Below are positions 36,636 to 46,622 of a DNA stretch of 64,000 nucleotides, one piece after another. Below the pieces are notes generated by a model that was given only the letters and a program-made list of their open reading frames with translations, was not told the origin of the DNA and did no database searches. Origin of the DNA: Oscillospiraceae bacterium (GTDB lineage: Bacteria; Bacillota_I; Bacilli_A; RF39; UBA660); the NCBI GenBank assembly GCA_963632935.1, contig CAVGWA010000004.1, forward strand, positions 2,576 through 66,575, given 5' to 3'. A program made the translations under genes and the position numbers. The first letter of the stretch is position 1. Every line of letters begins with the position of its first letter.

Positions 36636-38099
36636 TTAATATATTAATAAATACATATTGTTTTTATCTACAATAATTTGTTTTTTCTCATTAAATTCTT
36701 TATAATCTTTACCTTTGAAATATTTATTATAATCATCTTTTTTCATTGGAATAAATTTGTATTCATCCCCGATATAAGCAGGAAATGCACATTGCACTGA
36801 CCAATTGACTGCCGTTAATCTAATATTTACACCATTCGCATTTCCAAAATTATAATAATAATCACTATTTGTATCTTTAGCAAAATAAACATTTTTAATT
36901 TTTTCTTTATGCTTTGTATTATAGTAATCTATGTAAGATTTAACTTTATTTATATATGCCATATCTTCTTTATACCTTTTTAAATTTATCATAGAATTTT
37001 GTCTAAACAAATAAAATGTAAATAGTCCAAATAGACAAATAATTATAAATATAAAATATGTATAATATTTATTTTCATTATAATACATAAGTGCATATAT
37101 TACAAGTACACTTGGTACTATAGCACACGTCATTGTCATTCTAGCTGCTGAATAATTTGAAGATGAATTCATAAATAAATTAGGAATATATGGAGATAAT
37201 GTGCAAGATAAAATAAGAATTGTAAGTAAAATTAATTTTTTATATTCTTTTTCTTTTATAACTTGATAAAGAATAAATCCTAATAAAATAATACATATTA
37301 AATAATAATATTTATTATTAATAAATCCATAAAATGTTTTAAAAGTTTGTGGTATTAAATCTTTAAAAATTGTAACTAAATTTGAAATAATATTTATACT
37401 ACCTATTTTACTTATTGTCTGTTTACTAATTAAACTTACTAATTTAATAATAATTAAAGTAAATACAAAAGCAAGACCATATATAATAAATGAAATTAAT
37501 ATTTTTTTAATTATTTCTTTTGTATCATTTTCTTTATCTAAAATAATCATTAAAATTAAAATTGGAAATAAAAAGCAAGCTATACCTTGATAACAAGATA
37601 CAGAAATTATCATATATAAAAGAGATAATAAATAATTTTTTGTGCCACCTAAATTTATTTTATCAGCACACAATATTATAAAATAAAATCCTAAATAAAT
37701 TATGAAGCTTCCATCAATAGTAATTAATTCAATTGAAAGAAAATTATAAAAGATTAAAAATATTGATGTTAACAGTGTTAATTTTTTAATTTTTGTATTT
37801 AATTTTAATTTATCATTAAAAATGTAATATAACCTGCACACCACAAGTGCTAAAGCTAAGGATGTTAAAAATGATGATACAAAGCTTAATGAATAAAATG
37901 GCAATTTTATTAATGAAAATATATAAGATATCAAAGCTGAAAATATTCTACCATTTTGTAAAAACCAAAATGCAGTTTGACTATAACCATTATAAATTGT
38001 GCAGTAACTTTCTAAAGAATGACTACTAACAAATGTAGGATATATGAATATGACTCCAACACTAAATACACATAAGAAAAATAATATTTTATTTTTCAT
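36636..38099 (-). CDS. Polytopic membrane protein (GtrII/GtrC-like candidate)
   Basis: 487 aa, ~11 TM + C-terminal soluble domain. No motif recognised with confidence. Confidence 0.4.
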   Translation of the reverse strand: MKNKILFFLCVFSVGVIFIYPTFVSSHSLESYCTIYNGYSQTAFWFLQNGRIFSALISYIFSLIKLPFYSLSFVSSFLTSLALALVVCRLYYIFNDKLKLNTKIKKLTLLTSIFLIFYNFLSIELITIDGSFIIYLGFYFIILCADKINLGGTKNYLLSLLYMIISVSCYQGIACFLFPILILMIILDKENDTKEIIKKILISFIIYGLAFVFTLIIIKLVSLISKQTISKIGSINIISNLVTIFKDLIPQTFKTFYGFINNKYYYLICIILLGFILYQVIKEKEYKKLILLTILILSCTLSPYIPNLFMNSSSNYSAARMTMTCAIVPSVLVIYALMYYNENKYYTYFIFIIICLFGLFTFYLFRQNSMINLKRYKEDMAYINKVKSYIDYYNTKHKEKIKNVYFAKDTNSDYYYNFGNANGVNIRLTAVNWSVQCAFPAYIGDEYKFIPMKKDDYNKYFKGKDYKEFNEKKQIIVDKNNMYLLIY

Positions 38100-39597
38100 T
38101 CAAATCACTCCTTTTATAAATAGTTATATTAAGAAAAGCTAATGTAAATACTAAATACATCATAGGACTTACCCATCCAAATACATGACCAGATAAATAC
38201 GCAATAGAAAGGCCTAAAACAGTACTCATAAACCCTAAAATAACACTATATCTTAAGTTATTTTTAATATTTTTTAAAACATTAATAGCTAAATAAATTA
38301 ATAATATAAAATAAGGTCCCATTGAAATAGTCATTCCAACAATTCCAAATAAATAATATTGATATACATAATCACGTTCTATGTCCATAAAATTAAGGGT
38401 ATATCCTAGTCCAAAGTAAGTATCTAATTTATTGTTATTTCTTTCTTTAACTCTTGCAATAATATCAGCTTTCATTATTCTACTATTATTATTTAAAGAT
38501 TTATCTCTACTAGCCATTTGAAGCCAAAATTCAGTATCACTTGAAAATGGATACATTTTTAAATAAGCTTCATTTATCAAATATTCATCTTTATATTTTT
38601 CAAATATTTTATTAATACTTTTTTTATCTTTTTTATCAACTTTACTTAACAAAGAATATGCGTCAGAATTTTTAACAGAAAAATCCGGTGTTCCTTCACT
38701 AATTCTACTAATCATAAATGGTGATATTGTCATAAATGCAGATAAAATTAAAGTAAATATTGGCATGTATTTTTCAAAATAAGGTTTTCTTTTTTCTTTT
38801 TTTAATAAAACTAAAGCAATATAAATTACTAAAGATGTAATACTTATAATCACACTTCCATAAGCAGCTGTCCTTGTTCCAAGTAAAATCATTGCTAAAA
38901 ATTGAGATATAAATAATATTAAATTTTTTCTAGTTGGATTTTTATAAAATATATATATATTTATTGGCATAAGCATAAACATAGTAGCTGATAGTTCATT
39001 TGCTGAATCAAACCAACCACGAGATGTTAATTGTCTAAAATCACCTGAAAATAAGAAATAATCAAATATATTATGAGATATAAAATTCTTAGTAGAACTA
39101 TATGAAATAAATGATAATTTTAAAATATTTAAAACTATAATAAAACCTGATATAATTCCAATTACTATTTTAGCTATTTTCAAATAATATTCTTTATTAA
39201 ATAAATCTTTGTTATTACATAAAACATATAAAAGCATAAGTGGTAAAACATAAACTCTTAAAATATAAAAGGTTTCAGTAATTAAATTAAAATTAGCTTT
39301 AGGAAATATTGTTTTATCAAATGTTATGATATGTTTATAATGCAAAATTATATATATAAATACTAAAACTAAATATAATATTAAAAATAAGATATTTTTC
39401 TTTTTACTTTTCCATAATTTAATTATTGTAATTAATAAGGCAAAACCTATTAAAAAAATATTAACAAGTTCTATAAAACTAATTCCAAGTACCTCAAAAT
39501 GTCTAAATGAGGTTGTTCTTAACATATCTAAAAAAGGAAGTTGAATTAATAATATTGATATGAATAATTTTATAATTTTATCTTTTGTAATTTGCAC
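38089..39597 (-). CDS. O-antigen polymerase/ligase-like (Wzy_C-type) membrane protein
   Basis: 502 aa polytopic. ...ILLGTRTAAYGSVII... resembles the Wzy_C/O-antigen-ligase loop region. Confidence 0.5.
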   Translation of the reverse strand: MQITKDKIIKLFISILLIQLPFLDMLRTTSFRHFEVLGISFIELVNIFLIGFALLITIIKLWKSKKKNILFLILYLVLVFIYIILHYKHIITFDKTIFPKANFNLITETFYILRVYVLPLMLLYVLCNNKDLFNKEYYLKIAKIVIGIISGFIIVLNILKLSFISYSSTKNFISHNIFDYFLFSGDFRQLTSRGWFDSANELSATMFMLMPINIYIFYKNPTRKNLILFISQFLAMILLGTRTAAYGSVIISITSLVIYIALVLLKKEKRKPYFEKYMPIFTLILSAFMTISPFMISRISEGTPDFSVKNSDAYSLLSKVDKKDKKSINKIFEKYKDEYLINEAYLKMYPFSSDTEFWLQMASRDKSLNNNSRIMKADIIARVKERNNNKLDTYFGLGYTLNFMDIERDYVYQYYLFGIVGMTISMGPYFILLIYLAINVLKNIKNNLRYSVILGFMSTVLGLSIAYLSGHVFGWVSPMMYLVFTLAFLNITIYKRSDLNEK

Positions 39598-39601
39598 ACT
39601 C

Positions 39602-40537
39602 TCACCTCTTTATTCGCTGAATGAAACTAATTGTTTTATATTTTTTAAAATAAAATAGTTTCATTAAAATTTTTTCTTTTAAACTTAATTTTTTTACATA
39701 TTTATTATTATACCATAAAGGAAATTTTTCTTTAATAAAATCACTGATTTTATCAATTTGATCATATTTTTTAAATCTATAAAAATTTAAAGACCCTAAA
39801 TATAAAAAATGAAAGCAAATTAAATATTCTAATTCTTGATTATAACCACATCCTATTAAATTATCATATAAATAATTTGTAGCTTTAAAAATATCTTCAT
39901 ATTTTTTTTTATATACTTCACTTCTCATAGTTGATACTTCACTTTGAACATAATGAACAAATGCATCATTACAATAATATAATTTTGGATTATATTTTAT
40001 TAATGTAGGAATTGAAGCATAATCCTCATACATTATTCCTTCTGGAAAAGAAAAATTATTTTCAATTAAAAAACTTTTTTTATAAAATTTATTCCAAGGA
40101 CAAGTATCAAATTTCCAATAATCTGCATTAATAATATTACCAGCTATTCCATCAAATAATTTTACATAATTATCTTGATCTTCTTTTGTATAATAATAAT
40201 CTGAAAGAATAATATCATTATCAGATGTACATTCATTTAATTTTTCAAACATATTTAAATCTACATAATCATCACTATCTATAAATGATATATATTCGCC
40301 TTTTGCTTTTGATAAGCCTAAGTTACGAGCAGATGCTTGACCACCATTTTCTTTTTTTAAATAAATAATTCTTTTATCTTTTAAATATTGTTTTATTATA
40401 TCTTCACTATTATCTGTAGAGCCATCATTGACTAAAATAATTTCAATATTTTTAAATGTTTGATTAACTAATCTATCTAAACATTTTTTTAAATATTTTT
40501 CTGAATTATATATTGGAACAATTACACTAAATTTCAT
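39602..40537 (-). CDS. GT2 glycosyltransferase
   Basis: MKFSVIVPIYNSEKYLKKCLDRL, VNDGSTDNS, SFIDSDDYV. Confidence 0.85.
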   Translation of the reverse strand: MKFSVIVPIYNSEKYLKKCLDRLVNQTFKNIEIILVNDGSTDNSEDIIKQYLKDKRIIYLKKENGGQASARNLGLSKAKGEYISFIDSDDYVDLNMFEKLNECTSDNDIILSDYYYTKEDQDNYVKLFDGIAGNIINADYWKFDTCPWNKFYKKSFLIENNFSFPEGIMYEDYASIPTLIKYNPKLYYCNDAFVHYVQSEVSTMRSEVYKKKYEDIFKATNYLYDNLIGCGYNQELEYLICFHFLYLGSLNFYRFKKYDQIDKISDFIKEKFPLWYNNKYVKKLSLKEKILMKLFYFKKYKTISFIQRIKR

Positions 40538-41349
40538 AATTCCCTCCTATATTCATCAAGCATATCTAATAGTTTTTTATCTACATTTATATCAACTTTA
40601 CGGCAAAAGAAATTATCACTTTCAACTATTTTATTAAAATCTTTTTTCATTAAAATATCAGGGTTTCCTTTATTAAAACCTTTTTTATGACTTGACCAAT
40701 CTATATAATATTTATTATCATCTACTATAGTATCTTTAAATTTTGAATTATATAAAACTGTTTGAATAAAAACTTCGTCTATGCATGAAGTATATTTAAT
40801 TTTTTTATTAAATTCATCATTATATTTTTTAACTATATATTTAACTGCATCTTGATTTAACATCCACCAAACGCTTCCCCAACATGGAACCATATTTTCA
40901 AATATATTTTTTCTTTTTATTAATTTAACAGAAATTTTATCTAAATATTTATTTTTAAATCTATATTTTAAATATCTATTTTTTGTGCTTTCATCTTCAA
41001 TTTTACCAATTGTTATATAATTTTTTTCTTTATTTGAATTTAAAAACTGAACAACATCAGAAATTGGTTTTACTAAATAATCTTGCTCACTCATAAGAAT
41101 AAAATGAGTATAGTCTTTATTATTTAATATATAATTCAAACTATATATAATTGCATCAACCATAGATGAATCGCCCCAACCAATATCAAATCTTTTATCA
41201 ATCAACTTAATATCCTTAAAATTATTTTGATTAAAGTCTGCTTTTTTATCAGCATGCATAAATATATCAACATTATCATTTTTCAAAGTATCAATTAATC
41301 TTCTTACTTGATTAAAATTTTTATGAGCTAAGATAAGAACCGCTATCAT
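40534..41349 (-). CDS. GT14 (Core-2/I-branching enzyme family) glycosyltransferase
   Basis: MIAVLILAHKNFNQVRRLIDTLKNDNVDIFMHADKK... is the typical 'Branch' domain N-terminus. 4-nt overlaps on both sides. Confidence 0.7.
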   Translation of the reverse strand: MIAVLILAHKNFNQVRRLIDTLKNDNVDIFMHADKKADFNQNNFKDIKLIDKRFDIGWGDSSMVDAIIYSLNYILNNKDYTHFILMSEQDYLVKPISDVVQFLNSNKEKNYITIGKIEDESTKNRYLKYRFKNKYLDKISVKLIKRKNIFENMVPCWGSVWWMLNQDAVKYIVKKYNDEFNKKIKYTSCIDEVFIQTVLYNSKFKDTIVDDNKYYIDWSSHKKGFNKGNPDILMKKDFNKIVESDNFFCRKVDINVDKKLLDMLDEYRREL

Positions 41350-42233
41350 TTAGACTCCCCCTTAATATAGTTATATAATTTATCTATTATTTTTTTATCA
41401 GTTTTAGTTGAAAATTTTCTAGCAAATAAATATTTACTATTTATAAGTTCATCAAAATCTTCACTTTTAAAAATATAAGGCTCGCCTCTATTCCAATCAA
41501 TATATCTCACAATTGACATATAATCATCATCTTTTTTTAAATATAAATTATTATAAAACTTACTATTATAAACTAATGTTTGAACAAACAATTCATCAGA
41601 GCAATAACTATATTTAAAATGTCTTTTTATAAATTTTTCATTTGAAATGATATAACTAGCTAAATCATTTGTTATACTGAACCAATTGGCTCCTTTTCTT
41701 ATATTTAAATCTTTACATCTATTTATTTTTAATTTTTTTTGAAATTTGATTAAATGAAAATGAAGAGAGTTATAAATTCTTGCTATTATTCCATTATTTC
41801 TAAATTTTGAGGTAAATAGATGATAATATCTTATTCTATCTATCGTTTCATCTTTAACTTTATCATAATAATCAAAATGAACAAATTCGCATCCTTTATT
41901 TTCATTAAAAAAAGCATGAATTTCATCTTGATTTTTTAATGGCATGTCTATCCCACTTATTAAATGATAATATGCATATTTATTACTATAAGCCATTTTT
42001 AAAAGTGATAATTCACATTTAATTTGCATGTATGTTCCCCATCTTACATCTAATCTTGGAGTAAAATATAAATTGCTTTTTTTGACAATTTTTTTAAAAT
42101 AATCAAAATCAAAATCTTTCCATTTTTTATCAATATGAATATATATATCATTTCTTTCGTCATCGATTAATTTTAATTGTTTTTCTAATATGTAAGGTTC
42201 ATTATGAGCAATGACTAAATATGCATGTTTCAT
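41346..42233 (-). CDS. GT14 (Core-2/I-branching enzyme family) glycosyltransferase, second copy
   Basis: MKHAYLVIAHNEPYILEKQLKLIDDERNDIYIHIDKK..., ...CSDELFVQTLVYNS... parallels ...CIDEVFIQTVLYNS... in the neighbour. Confidence 0.7.
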   Translation of the reverse strand: MKHAYLVIAHNEPYILEKQLKLIDDERNDIYIHIDKKWKDFDFDYFKKIVKKSNLYFTPRLDVRWGTYMQIKCELSLLKMAYSNKYAYYHLISGIDMPLKNQDEIHAFFNENKGCEFVHFDYYDKVKDETIDRIRYYHLFTSKFRNNGIIARIYNSLHFHLIKFQKKLKINRCKDLNIRKGANWFSITNDLASYIISNEKFIKRHFKYSYCSDELFVQTLVYNSKFYNNLYLKKDDDYMSIVRYIDWNRGEPYIFKSEDFDELINSKYLFARKFSTKTDKKIIDKLYNYIKGESK

Positions 42234-42237
42234 GAAA

Positions 42238-43779
42238 CTACGCTCTCTTTCTTATTTTATTAAATAGAAATGTAAATCTATTTTTCGCACTTTGAAATTC
42301 ATCAGTATTTTTATATATTAAAATTATTAATAATGTTGGAATAATTAATGATAAACTAAAATTAATAATAACTTGCATTAATGAATTTACATGTATAAAA
42401 TTAGTAATTAAATAAATAATTAATCCAGATATTACTAAAACTACGGTTTGTTTAAAAAACGATTTAAAATAAATACTTATTTCTTTATCCAAAACGTGTT
42501 TAAAAATAACAACTGGTTTTATAATTAAAGGAAGTAAATAACTAATTAGTGTTCCAAGTAAAATACCTGGCAAACCTAAAAATTTAACTAAAATTATACT
42601 TAACGATAAATTTAATGTAGCTTCTAATATTGGAACATATTTATCATATTTATATACTCCAGCTGCTGATTGTACAATTATAGGAACTTGATTTATTCCA
42701 ACTAAATAATAATTAATCATGATTAATAAAACAACAGTAAAATCTAAAACATATTTACTACCAAATACTAATTTTATAAAAGGATTTAGTGTAAATAATA
42801 AACATATTGTAGAAACTCCGTATAAACAGTATGTTATAAAATCCATTTCTTTAAACACATCAAATCTTTTTTCCTTATCTCCCTCAGCAATTAAATTTCC
42901 AAATGAAGCTGTAACATTACTTACAAATGTATATATAAAATTACTTATAGTACTATGTATTAAAACATAATTAGAATAAATACCGACTGTAACAATTCCT
43001 ATATATTTTGAAATTACAATATTATCAGTGGCTGTTAATACATAATTACCTATTTTATGAAGCATTAAGGCTTTTATATTAGTTTTTATTTCATTTAAAT
43101 CTTCTTTTTCTAATTTTTTAGCTTTATTTATTTCTTTTAAATATGGATAGCATTTATTTATATAATTATTTACTAAAATATTTTCAAGAAAAACACAAGC
43201 AGTTTGAACTAATAAATATAATATATAATTTTTAAATAATAATAATATAATAATTTGACCTACAGTCATTATAAAATTAGAAAATATTAAATAAGGAGTT
43301 ATTTTATAATTTTTTTGATCTGCAGTAATCAACGTTCTTTTATATGAAAATAAATAACCTATTACCATGTTTGCTAGAAAAATTAAATAAATTATATTTA
43401 AATTTTCAATGCCTGATGTATCTTTAATAAACCATGGTAAAAATGGCAATAATATTAAACCAGATACTAATACAACTAAGGCAATGACTCTATAGGCAAT
43501 TTTATAAAATTTCATTAAGCTTTTGCATTCTTCTATATCATTACTTGCTAGCGGTTTATATAAACTATAATTTATGGCTGTACCTATCCCTAATTCAGCT
43601 AAAGCAAGAATTCCAAGTACATTTGATAAAAGCCCATTTACGCCTAAATAAACATCATTTAATACCTTAACAAATATAATTCTAGAAACAAATCTTAATA
43701 AATTTAAAATTAAACTATTAGCAAAGTTTCCTAAAGCATTTTTTATTGAATTTAACGTTCTCAAATAATCACCAACCAA
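42238..43779 (-). CDS. wzx: MOP-superfamily polysaccharide flippase (Wzx-like)
   Basis: ~14 TM. N-terminus ...NSIKNALGNFANSLILNLLRFVSRIIFVKVL is typical of Wzx/PST. The real start is possibly TTG 43764, after GGTGA. Confidence 0.8.
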   Translation of the reverse strand: MVGDYLRTLNSIKNALGNFANSLILNLLRFVSRIIFVKVLNDVYLGVNGLLSNVLGILALAELGIGTAINYSLYKPLASNDIEECKSLMKFYKIAYRVIALVVLVSGLILLPFLPWFIKDTSGIENLNIIYLIFLANMVIGYLFSYKRTLITADQKNYKITPYLIFSNFIMTVGQIIILLLFKNYILYLLVQTACVFLENILVNNYINKCYPYLKEINKAKKLEKEDLNEIKTNIKALMLHKIGNYVLTATDNIVISKYIGIVTVGIYSNYVLIHSTISNFIYTFVSNVTASFGNLIAEGDKEKRFDVFKEMDFITYCLYGVSTICLLFTLNPFIKLVFGSKYVLDFTVVLLIMINYYLVGINQVPIIVQSAAGVYKYDKYVPILEATLNLSLSIILVKFLGLPGILLGTLISYLLPLIIKPVVIFKHVLDKEISIYFKSFFKQTVVLVISGLIIYLITNFIHVNSLMQVIINFSLSLIIPTLLIILIYKNTDEFQSAKNRFTFLFNKIRKRA

Positions 43780-43924
43780 TTCTACATATAAGTATATCAG
43801 ATTTTTAATTAAATTAATAGTAAAATAAAATTCTAAATAAGATACATAAATTTTTAAATTTTAAAAATTGTTCTAATTTTTACCTTTATAATTTCAAATT
43901 GATAACTAAAAAAATTGATAATTT

Positions 43925-44383
43925 TTATATCAATTTTTTATCTTTTAAATATTGTAAAAAACCTTTACAACCTTCGGTAATTTCATTATAAGTCATTTCA
44001 AAATTACGTGAATACCAAGGATCTATAATATCTTTTGGAATATTTGTAAAATCTAATAATTTATATATTTTATCTTTTCTACCAGTTATTCTTTTTATAT
44101 TTTCTACATTTGAATTTTCCATGCCTATTATAAAATCATAATTATTATAATCTTCAGGCATCAATCTTACTGCTTTTCTTTTGTCATATTTGATATTTTT
44201 TTCATCCAATATTTCTTTAGCACATCTATACATATCATTTCCTATTTCTTCATAGCTTGTAGCTGATGAATTTATAATAAATTTATTTTCAAGGTTCTGT
44301 TTTTTAACCATATCTTTTAATATAAATTCCGCCATTGGAGATCTACAAATATTTCCTAGACATACAAACATTACTTTAATCAT
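43925..44383 (-). CDS. Low-molecular-weight protein tyrosine (or arsenate-reductase-fold) phosphatase
   Basis: P-loop MFVCLGNICRSPMAE. DPW/DPY-type Asp loop IIDPWY. RBS GGAGGT 7 nt before ATG 44383. Confidence 0.9.
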   Translation of the reverse strand: MIKVMFVCLGNICRSPMAEFILKDMVKKQNLENKFIINSSATSYEEIGNDMYRCAKEILDEKNIKYDKRKAVRLMPEDYNNYDFIIGMENSNVENIKRITGRKDKIYKLLDFTNIPKDIIDPWYSRNFEMTYNEITEGCKGFLQYLKDKKLI

Positions 44384-44546
44384 TGTTTTTACCTCCATAA
44401 TATTAATATAAACTAAGTATAATTTTTTATTAAAAAATAAATTATTCTTTAGTCATAATTGTTATCCATTAAATTAATAATAAATAAACAATACCAATAA
44501 TAACAACCAAAAATAAAATTATATCTAAAAAAAAGGTAATTAAAGT

Positions 44547-45938
44547 TTAATTATTAACATGCTGGGTCACCATTGGTGTTTCAATTTTAATTTTAGAAAA
44601 TGTATAACCATTATTTTTACCATATTTAATAATGTTTCTTAAAGCATCTCTTGTATAAGGCTTAATATCATGCATTAAAACTACATTACTTCTTTTTTTA
44701 CTTAAATATTTAATTACATTATTATATACACCAGAAGATGATGTAGTACTACCAGCATCGCCTGAAGATATATTCCAATCATAATATCTATATCCCTTAT
44801 TTACAACATCCTTAGTTAATGTTGTCATAATACCATTAGAATATTTTCTAGATACTGTATTAGATGAACCTCCAGGAAATCTAATTATTTTAGATTCATA
44901 TCCCGTTATTCTTTTTACTCTATCTTGAACTTGTTTTAAATCATTGTAATAACTATTTACTGAATTATATACAGTTGCATAATTATGTGAAGCAGTATGA
45001 AGTGCAACTGTATGACCTTCATCATATTCTCTTTTAATTAATTCATCTGGCCCATTATTTGTTACAAAAAATGTTGCTAAAACATTTTCTTCTTTTAAAA
45101 TATCTAATATTACATTCGTTATTCCTGCTTGTGGACCATCATCAAAAGTTAAAAATATTGTGCCTGCTCCCCATCCTGATGAAGCATAATTTGGTTTAGA
45201 TATAACATTTACCGTTCTTTCTTCTTTTGTTTCATTGCCTGATTCATCTTTAACATAATATGTTATTTTATATGTACCATTTTTACTTGTATCAACACTA
45301 CCAGATGTAACAACATTTTTAGTAATATCTTCATCACAATTATCACTTGCAGTAAATCCAGAATCAGTCCAAGTAGAATTTGTATATATTGTTTCTTCTT
45401 TATTTCCTTTTAAAGCAATTATAGGAGCAGTTTTATCTTCATTAGTTATTGTTCTAGTTATTTTAAAACTACTATTTGAAGAATCTTTAACTGAATAAAT
45501 TATTTTATTTTCTTCCTTTTTAATTTTCACGTTTTTAGTAATATCACCATCATAATTATCAGTTGCTTTATAACCTTCTTCATTATATTTTTTATTTGGA
45601 CATAAAATTGTATTTTTTTCACCATTTAAAATTATCTTAGGTTTTTCTTTATCAACTAAATTTATTTTTCTTACACTTTTAAATATAATGCCATTAATTT
45701 TTACTTGATAAATTATATTATAATTGCCTAATTTTTTATAATTTATTTTATTTATTTTTTTAACTTTTTTAGTATAATCTTTACCAAATCTTGTTACTTT
45801 ATAGCCAGGTTCTTTATATTTTTTTCCATATTCTAAAGTATATGTACTACCATTTTTTAATTTGAATTTAGCTGGCCATAGAAAAAATATTAATAAAAAT
45901 AATAAAATAATTATAGATAAAATATACTTCTTTTTCAT
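44547..45938 (-). CDS. Polysaccharide deacetylase (NodB domain) with N-terminal Ig-like (DUF5011-type) repeats
   Basis: Signal-anchor. Repeated ...GY.A.DN.DGDITKNV... modules. NodB motifs TFDDGP, HTASH, RFPGG. Confidence 0.85.
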   Translation of the reverse strand: MKKKYILSIIILLFLLIFFLWPAKFKLKNGSTYTLEYGKKYKEPGYKVTRFGKDYTKKVKKINKINYKKLGNYNIIYQVKINGIIFKSVRKINLVDKEKPKIILNGEKNTILCPNKKYNEEGYKATDNYDGDITKNVKIKKEENKIIYSVKDSSNSSFKITRTITNEDKTAPIIALKGNKEETIYTNSTWTDSGFTASDNCDEDITKNVVTSGSVDTSKNGTYKITYYVKDESGNETKEERTVNVISKPNYASSGWGAGTIFLTFDDGPQAGITNVILDILKEENVLATFFVTNNGPDELIKREYDEGHTVALHTASHNYATVYNSVNSYYNDLKQVQDRVKRITGYESKIIRFPGGSSNTVSRKYSNGIMTTLTKDVVNKGYRYYDWNISSGDAGSTTSSSGVYNNVIKYLSKKRSNVVLMHDIKPYTRDALRNIIKYGKNNGYTFSKIKIETPMVTQHVNN

Positions 45939-45941
45939 TTT

Positions 45942-46556
45942 CTACCTCATTTGATATTCTCTTGACTGTCTTAAAGAATATTTACATCCACAATAGTCTT
46001 GACGATATAAGTTATATTTTCTAGCAAGTTCATTACTTCTTTTATATCCTTCTTTTTTCTTAAAATCGGAATACAGATACTTAATTTTATACTTTTCTTC
46101 CAATATTTTTCCTATTTTATTTAATTTTTGACTATCTTTATAAGGACTTACAGATAAAGTTGTTGTGAAATAATCAAAATTATTTTCTAAAGCAATTTGT
46201 GCGGTTTTTTCTAATCTTAAATAATAACATTTACTGCACCTTTTGCCTCCTTCTTTTTCATCTTCTAATCCTTTTGAAATATTTTCAAAATCTTTAGAAT
46301 TATATCCAATTTCCATTATTCTAACGTCAAAATTCATTTTGTTTATTATTTTTTTTTGAACTTCCAATCTTTTTATATATTCTTCATATGGATATGTGTT
46401 TGGATTGTAATATAAAACTGTAATATTAAAAAATGGATATAGTCTTTCTAAAACAGAACTACTACAAACACCACAGCACGCATGAAGTAATAAATTAGAC
46501 TTACCATTTAAATTAGATATTATGTTTTCCATAATTAAATTATAATTTGTTTTCAT
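45942..46556 (-). CDS. queH: Epoxyqueuosine reductase QueH (DUF208)
   Basis: LLLHACCGVCSS..., ...RCSKCY..., ...YCGC.. Cys clusters typical of QueH. Own extended -10 (TGaTATAAT) after the pilD terminator. Confidence 0.85.
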   Translation of the reverse strand: MKTNYNLIMENIISNLNGKSNLLLHACCGVCSSSVLERLYPFFNITVLYYNPNTYPYEEYIKRLEVQKKIINKMNFDVRIMEIGYNSKDFENISKGLEDEKEGGKRCSKCYYLRLEKTAQIALENNFDYFTTTLSVSPYKDSQKLNKIGKILEEKYKIKYLYSDFKKKEGYKRSNELARKYNLYRQDYCGCKYSLRQSREYQMR

Positions 46557-46598
46557 ACAACCAATTCCTTTTAAAATATTATATCACTTTCTTTACAC

Positions 46599-46622
46599 AA
46601 TAAAAATCCCTGAATCGGGATT
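46599..46622 (-). terminator. Terminator after pilD
   Basis: Minus strand AATCCC GATTCA GGGATT followed by TTTTATT. Overlaps the pilD stop codon. Confidence 0.6.
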
